Positions 10,888-16,935 of a DNA stretch of 16,935 nucleotides are shown piece by piece. The notes under the pieces are model-generated. The model was not told the DNA's origin. It saw only the letters and a list, made by a program, of their open reading frames with translations, and ran no database searches. Made by a program: the position numbers and the translations under genes. This DNA comes from Octopus sinensis. Its lineage: Eukaryota. The stretch spans positions 1 to 16,935 of the forward strand of contig NW_021824971.1 in assembly GCF_006345805.1 (NCBI RefSeq), read 5' to 3'. Position 1 is the stretch's first letter. Each line of letters opens with the position of its first letter.

Positions 10888-10949
10888 ATTATGCCGTATA
10901 TTTTCGTTCAGATATGTCTAGTAAATATATATTTGAACGAAAATATACG
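10888..10949. other. Stem-loop with a perfect 16-bp inverted repeat
   Basis: 10895-10910 CGTATATTTTCGTTCA pairs with 10934-10949 TGAACGAAAATATACG. On the plus strand the stem extends inward by ~7 bp using two G-U pairs, leaving a ~9-nt loop. Confidence 0.85.
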
Positions 10950-11246
10950 TTCACTATACTTTGAGACATCTATCACTTATTTCTAACCAGAAATACTTCG
11001 TTCATGATGTTATTCTATAGTTTTCTATAGTTAACCGATCCAAAATAACTTATGTACTTATTCTTCCTAATATACAGATTCAAAATAAACAATAAATAAT
11101 AGAAATATATTTTTTGCATGGATATTGAAAAAGATGTGTGTTTTAAGAGGTTAAGTTTAATCAATCAGAGATAGGAAAAACAAGCGCGATCGAGATGGAT
11201 TTAAAAGCGAACAGCGAAAGAAAGAGAAATAAAAGTTTTTCTTCCT

Positions 11247-11248
11247 AC
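11247..11248 (-). other. 5' splice donor; start of an intron that probably runs toward or past the window start
   Basis: CAG|GTAGGAAG, followed by an abrupt composition shift to AT-rich, repeat-filled sequence. Confidence 0.7.
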
Positions 11249-12178
11249 CTGTTGAGCTGATGATTGCGCGGATGCTGGATTGGTTGTGTAAGTGACAGGC
11301 AGTTTGAATTCCAAACAATGCGCCGGTTCTTCTAAACATGGGGTAGGTTTGTGTTCCGATAGTGCGCCGTAGTTCCGATCCCCAGCTACAAGACACCAAA
11401 ATGTTCCCCGCCTGGCAACAGTCGGGACTCATCCCGGGAGGTCCTTGGAAATGTTGCGGGAAATTGTTTCGGAAGTTGGCCATAAAATGATGGTCCATGC
11501 TCATGGGGAAACTGCTCGGACTTCCGTAAGAAGAAGTAGAACCGTTGTTGTTGTTGTTGTTGTGGTTATTGTTGTTGTGGTGGTGATGATGATGGTGGTG
11601 GTTCATCGTGTTCAAATCGTTTGTTCTGTTTCTTCTGGCAACCGATCGAATCGGTATTGGTCGGCTGTGAGACACACCGTGTCGTTGCGAACTCGGAAAT
11701 GCGCTGTTCCCACTTACTCCGTCTTTGGAGAAGACATCGTCGTCGTCATCCTCATCGTCGTCGTCGGCGGCGCCTACCACTTCGTCTTCGTCGTCGACGT
11801 CATCGTTATTATCGCCGTCTTCATCGTCGTCGTCGTCCTTGTCCAAATCTCCATCGACGTCGTCGTCGTCGTCGACGTCGCCAACGACAACATCATCGTC
11901 GTCGTCGTCTTCGTCGTCGTTTTCGTCAAAGTCGTTCGAACTCCTCTCTCGCATCGAGTAATCGCTCATACTCTCTACACTACACAGACTGGTCGATATG
12001 ACAGCTGGGCCACGGCGACGACCACCGCCGCCGCCGCCCACAGCACCGATAGCAGCAGTTGTATTATTTCCTATCGACAGAGCCTGGAACTGCTGTTGAA
12101 GATGATGATGATGTTGCTCCTCCTGCTGCTGTTGTTGCTGCTGCTGTATGTGCTGCGGGAAGTAGAGAGGATGGGAGA

Positions 12179-12212
<34 letters not shown>

Positions 12213-12707
12213 TTGCTGCTGCTGGTTGTGGTAACGGTGGGGATAGTTCTGCGGACCTTCGAAGAGCTGGCGGCGGCAGACAGAGCGGCAATAGTGCTGC
12301 TGTTGGCGATATTGGTGCAAGTGATACTGCTGCTGCTGTTGTTCTTGCTGATGTTCTTCGTCTCCCTTCTGCTGCTGCTGTTGTTGTTGTTGTTGTTGTT
12401 GGTGGTGGTGGTGTTGAAGATGTTGGTCTGGTTCGAAACTGAACGTAAAACCAGGCGAAATATTAGAAGGGGAGTCGTCAGTGGCGTAGCTGCTGTCGAA
12501 AGATCCCACCGAGGGCGTGCAAGGGGTCATACTGGACAAGTTCCGAATGGAATCGTCGTCGTCGTCGTCTTCGTCGTCGCCCCCGCCGTCTCCGAAGGGG
12601 CCAATTGTTGTGTCTTCGACGGCAACTTTTGTCTTGGGCTGGGTAGGTTTTTGGTTGGAGTTCAGTGAATCGTATAATTCTTCACTGATTGGAGCAGATT
12701 GCATCAT
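11249..12707 (-). CDS. First coding exon (486 codons + 1 nt, phase-1 donor) of a low-complexity protein; candidate Bmf/Bim-like BH3-only protein (BH3 exon not seen)
   Basis: It is the only long ORF with non-repetitive, protein-like segments, and it is GC/CpG-rich against an AT-rich background. ATG is at 12707-12705. The minus-strand donor CAG|GTAGGA has GT at 11248-11247, after which the sequence turns AT-rich. Motifs: DSSY (aa71), RRQLF (aa145-149), DDVF (aa323-326), CC (aa430-431), TQT (aa452-454). The exon is well supported; the family call is inference. Confidence 0.8.
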
Positions 12708-13125
12708 AATTGAACCAAAAAAGCAAAAAAAAAAAAATTTTTCACTGAATTCTTTAAGTCCTTTTTAGTAAATATCAAGTGTTCTCAAACACAAAAAAAA
12801 AAGGATTTATTTAAATCAAAAGAAGCGAAACAAATACTGCAACAAGTTTTTTTTGTCTTTGTCTTTTCAAGATCCAAGAACCAATGTTCAATAACATGAG
12901 AACTTTAATCTGATAATAATGGAATAGTGGTAAATCCTTTTTTTCTTTTCTCTTCAATAAATTGTCAGTGAAAAAAAAAGGGCAAAAGGCAAACAAAGTT
13001 ATAACAAGTAAATAATAATAATAATAAGTATTTTTAGTCTCTGTGTGCGTAATGTTGATAATGATGTAATTTCCCAACTGAATTCTTCACAATTTTTGTT
13101 TCTTATTCAGGGTCCACACTGTATT
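12708..13125 (-). other. 5' UTR portion of the same exon, behind a strong splice acceptor
   Basis: The minus strand reads ttttcttttctttttcatatttctttcAG|aatacag (AG at 13127-13126). There is no AG between the poly-T tract and the ATG. A weaker alternative acceptor (cactgacaatttattgaAG, exon from 12951) also exists. Confidence 0.55.
12811..12897 (-). other. Single ATG-initiated upstream ORF (28 aa, MLLNIGSWILKRQRQKKLVAVFVSLLLI*) in the putative 5' UTR
   Basis: It is the only minus-strand ATG I found between 13125 and 12708. It stops at TAA (12813-12811), about 100 nt before the main ATG. Confidence 0.4.
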
Positions 13126-13150
13126 CTGAAAGAAATATGAAAAGAAAAGA

Positions 13151-13359
13151 AAAATTATAGATAGGTATATCGATAGATAGACAGACAGGTAGATAAAGGA
13201 AAATAATAAAGGGAAAAGATGAACGGTAATATATATATATCGGTGACGAAAAGATGAGTAAAATTATAGACAGGTACATCGATAGACAGACAGATAGATA
13301 GATAGAAAAAGAAAAAAAAATAAGGAAAAAAGGTGAACGGTAATAGATATATGGGTGAC
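13151..13359. repeat. Tandem duplication, period ~109 bp, two diverged copies
   Basis: aaaattatagaYaggtaYatcgataga starts at 13151 and 13260. Both copies contain gRtgaacggtaata and end near ggtgac (13242, 13354). Confidence 0.85.
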
Positions 13360-15037
13360 AGTTTAGGAATAAGTTTTGTTGTAACTGCTTTAAAAAAAAG
13401 CAAAACGAAATAAAACCCACGAAAAGGACAGAAGGAGAGATAGAACAAAATCGCAAAACAAAGCATGTAATTTGCTCATATGTATATATATGCTGCGTAT
13501 ATATATATATATGTGTGTGTATGTGTGTGTGTGTGAGTGTGTGTATTAATAACCATAGTGTGACCAGTGACTGAAAGTTCTAAAGTTGTATAATAGTATA
13601 TTTTCATAAACATTGGTGAGATAAGAAAATGTAAACAAATTCTACGAGAAACGATTCTTGCTCTCTTTTTTTGTTTTTTTTTGTATCGATAAATAGCAAA
13701 ACGTGAACAGAGAATGCGAAAGTAAACTAAAAAAAGACTTATTTACTAAGTTTTCGATTTTTTTTCCTCGCTCTCTCTCTCTCTCTTTTTCGCACACTTT
13801 CTTCCAGTCATCCCAAGAAATATTAAAATTCGTCACAAAATTTAACACAAAAGCATCTACACACACATATAAACTGGATTCATTTAAAATATACTAAAAA
13901 AAACAATTTCTTTCTGTTCGCCGATGTACATGATTCCCCATCTATACCCACGTCTGACTCTCTCTCACAGCATGTGTGTGCTAGTTACATAGTTTAAATT
14001 TTAGCTTCTAAGACAAAATGAAACGTGAAAAGGGTTTATCTAATATTTACGCTTAAAAAGTCGAAATTTTAAAGTAATACAAGTAACTTTTTTCTAGCAA
14101 AAAAAGTTTCAGATAAAGAAAAATTACTTGAAAAACATGTATCTATCGCTTAGTAACAACTATATTTTTTTAATTTAAAGCAAAAACTTTTTCACGCGAA
14201 AAAGAATTACTTTAAAACAAAACATACGTGTAGAAAATATTTAATACGGTTTAACTTAGTAAGCGATAATATTTTTCAAGATATAGTTTACAACAAAAAC
14301 GAAAAAAGAAAGTACGCGTATATGATAAGATATAATTGTATTAATACATGTTGGCGATAAAAAATATCTTTAACATGAGAAAACTTTTTTCATACGAAAT
14401 ATACAAAAAAAAAACATTTTTTTTTTTCATATGTAAAAGCTTTTACAAAAAAAGATTTTTGTATGTACCTTTATATCCTTGAATTTCTTTGGAATATATA
14501 ACCAAAACGTCACTTTTTTCCCCCTTAAATTAAAAGCAAGTCCGCGCAACTTTCAAGAAACTTTCCTTTTAAATCCAGTTAGAGCGTGTGCAATAAATAT
14601 AAATAAATATCTGTTCAATTGTAAATGTTGTGATTATTTTTTCCTGTTAGTCGCTATAAATATGTAAGCATATATTGTTCTTTCACTTTTTATAAATATA
14701 TAAATATAATTGTAGGTTTTTTTTTTTCTTGTGTGTTTCTTTCACTTTGTAAAGATAATATAAAAATGTAAATATATATATATATATATATATGATTAAA
14801 TATATGCTTCTCTCGTGTGTTTTCTGATTTTTTTTCTTCTTCCCTTAGAAGTTTCCCAAACAAATACCTTATCAGAAATGAAGCTAGATTGGTAAGGAAC
14901 GCTATAAATAACAATAAAATATTACGTCATCAGATGTGAGTAAGAGTTATAGAGTGGCGGTGGCAGTGATGTGCTTATTAAGATGGTGGTGGTGGTGGTG
15001 GTGGTGGTGGTGGTGGTGATGCTTATTGCCGCGGTAC

Positions 15038-15150
15038 CTCTTGTGTGTGTGAGTGAGTAAGTGTGTGTGTGTGAGGATGTGTGTGTGTGAGCGTGAGTGT
15101 GTGTGTGAGGGGAAGTGAGAGTGAGCGGGGAATTGGCTATTTAGCGATGG
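15038..15150 (-). promoter_or_regulatory. Possible upstream non-coding exon of the minus-strand gene
   Basis: Minus-strand donor-like AAGAG|GTACCG (GT at 15037-15036). An upstream exon is required if the 13126 acceptor is real. The donor match is weak and the position is tentative. Confidence 0.2.
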
Positions 15151-15198
15151 TATTATTGCTTATTACAGTTGTATACTTCGTATATGTGTGCGTGTATG

Positions 15199-15233
<35 letters not shown>

Positions 15234-15312
15234 ATGTGTGTGTGTGTGTGTATTTGCACATATTTGTGTACCCCTCTCTGGCTGTGTGTATATGTACGTG
15301 TGCGTGAGATAG

Positions 15313-15343
<31 letters not shown>

Positions 15344-15463
15344 AAGTTTGTGCGTATGGTAATGTCATAGATTTGTTTACTGATGCGTAGCGTGTTTTGT
15401 ATGTGTGTGTAGTTATGTATGTATGTGTGTTACATGCGCGTGCGTGCAACAGCATTTCTGCGC

Positions 15464-15510
<47 letters not shown>

Positions 15511-16088
15511 TGACTGACTGACTGAGAGATAGAAAGAGACAAAGGTAAAAACACATGCGTGTGTATTATATGTGCGTAAACATACGCACATGTGTAGCTA
15601 TGTACATAAAACATCGACGATTGCGCTGTGTGTGTACGTGTGTGTGTGTGTGTGTGTGTGCAAGCATGCCTTGTGGGTGTGTCTTAAGTTAACTTCGGCG
15701 TGCGCGCGCATGCGTGTGAATACTGGTGTGCGCGCGTAAATTTTTTTTTGTTTGTGTACGTTTGAGTATATATATATATGTGTGTGTGTGTGTGCTTCTA
15801 GATGAGAATCTTCCAGATATATATGTTTATATAGACTCGCCCTACCCTTTCCCAGGACAGTGTCTTTTGATTATATCCACACACACACACACATACACAC
15901 ACGTGTGTGTGTGTGTGTGTACACATACAAACATACACGCATACATTACATGAATATATATATAGATAGATATATATGTATACAATTATACATATACATA
16001 CATATATATGCATACATATAGTACACATACGTTCATTCATACATACATACACACATTCATTACATGAATATATATATATATATATATA

Positions 16089-16152
16089 CAACCATATATA
16101 CATATACATACTTATATATGCAACCATATATACATATACATACTTATATATG
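16089..16152. repeat. Perfect 32-bp tandem duplication in a TA/CA-rich tract
   Basis: caaccatatatacatatacatacttatatatg at 16089-16120 and 16121-16152. Confidence 0.9.
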
Positions 16153-16710
16153 CATACATATATTACACATACGTTCATTCATACATACATACATACACAC
16201 ACACACACAATAAACATCATATATACGGTAGGTTTGTGTGTGCGTGTTGTGTGCGTGTGTGTGTGCGTGTGTTTATGAATAAAGAGGAAGTGAGGTTGGA
16301 GGGGAGGAATTCGTTGGAGTGTGAGTGAGAGTGAAACTTTAGACGGAAAAGCTATATGACAGGAGTAGGAGGGAGAAATAGACGGAACAGAGAAAGGAGG
16401 AGGAGGAGAGGAAAGAACTAATGAGTTTAAACAAGTCCACACGCCGACGGTGTGCATATGTGTGTATGTTAGTGTGTGTGTGTATGTGTGTGTTAGTGTG
16501 TATGTGTGTGTGTTATGTGACAGATAAATTTTGATAAGACATAGAAAGAGTGTGTATATGTGAGTGTGTGGTATATGTGTGGTGTGACTTGGGGAAATAG
16601 AGTGTCGGTGTAAGTGTGTGTGTGTGTATGTGTGTATGGGAGATACAGCGATAGGGGGGGAAATACAAAGATAGATAGATAGGTATATGTACATACATTG
16701 TGTTATCTGG

Positions 16711-16745
<35 letters not shown>

Positions 16746-16935
16746 TGGTGTGTGTGTGTGTGTGTGCGTGCGTGTGTGTAACTATGTTTGTGTGTGTGTG
16801 AATAATGTTCGAAGACGTTAGCTTTCACTTTTGAGGGACGCGTGAAAAACGACTTTGTTGTTTATATACTATCATAAACATAACAATTACTTAGTTACAG
16901 GAAAATAAGTTATACACACACGCACAGACGCATAA

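Larger units (their letters stand above)
14984..16800. repeat. Dense microsatellite field: (GGT)n, (GT)n, (GATA)n, (GACA)n/(GACT)n, (CA)n
   Basis: (GGT)n 14984-15018, (GATA)n ~15308-15332, (GACA)n/(GACT)n 15464-15524, (GT)n ~16716-16800, plus many short tracts. Confidence 0.95.

Noticed and set aside
11157-11248. Last 30 aa of the 516-aa ORF (GRKKNFYFSFF...LID)
   Set aside because: Most likely read-through into the intron past the CAG|GTAGGA donor; the composition changes sharply there.
12255-12285. CIP/KIP CDK inhibitor identity from CRRQLFEGP
   Set aside because: The CDK-binding part of the CDI domain does not follow; the sequence continues into poly-Q. It is kept only as a possible docking motif.
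11445-12668. 407-aa plus-strand ORF (poly-V/L) and the nested ORFs at 11621, 11725, 12059, 12064 and 12517
   Set aside because: They are shadow frames of the GAC/CAG/CAA triplet repeats of the minus-strand exon, which lack stops in several frames.

Overview
This is AT-rich eukaryotic genomic DNA saturated with microsatellites ((TA)n, (TATG)n, (CA)n, (GACA)n, (GATA)n) and decayed SINE-like repeats. The style most resembles an octopus/cephalopod genome; this is inferred from repeat style, not from a search. The only well-supported gene part is a large minus-strand exon: acceptor at 13126, ATG at 12707, phase-1 GT donor at 11248. It encodes 486 aa of a low-complexity (poly-Q/D/H/N) protein. Its short non-repetitive islands (DDVFSKDG ... 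CC ... RRTIGTQT) occur in the same order as in vertebrate Bmf, including an LC8/DYNLL-type TQT motif. It may therefore be an invertebrate Bmf/Bim-like BH3-only apoptosis regulator, but I could not find a BH3-encoding exon in the window. The >11 kb downstream of the donor looks intronic. It holds two foldback MITE-like elements, a pre-miRNA-sized hairpin, a 77-bp minisatellite with 154-bp dimer structure, SINE remnants, a probable Gypsy integrase relic and candidate plus-strand (antisense) microexons. Nearly all other ORFs in the track are microsatellite artefacts.
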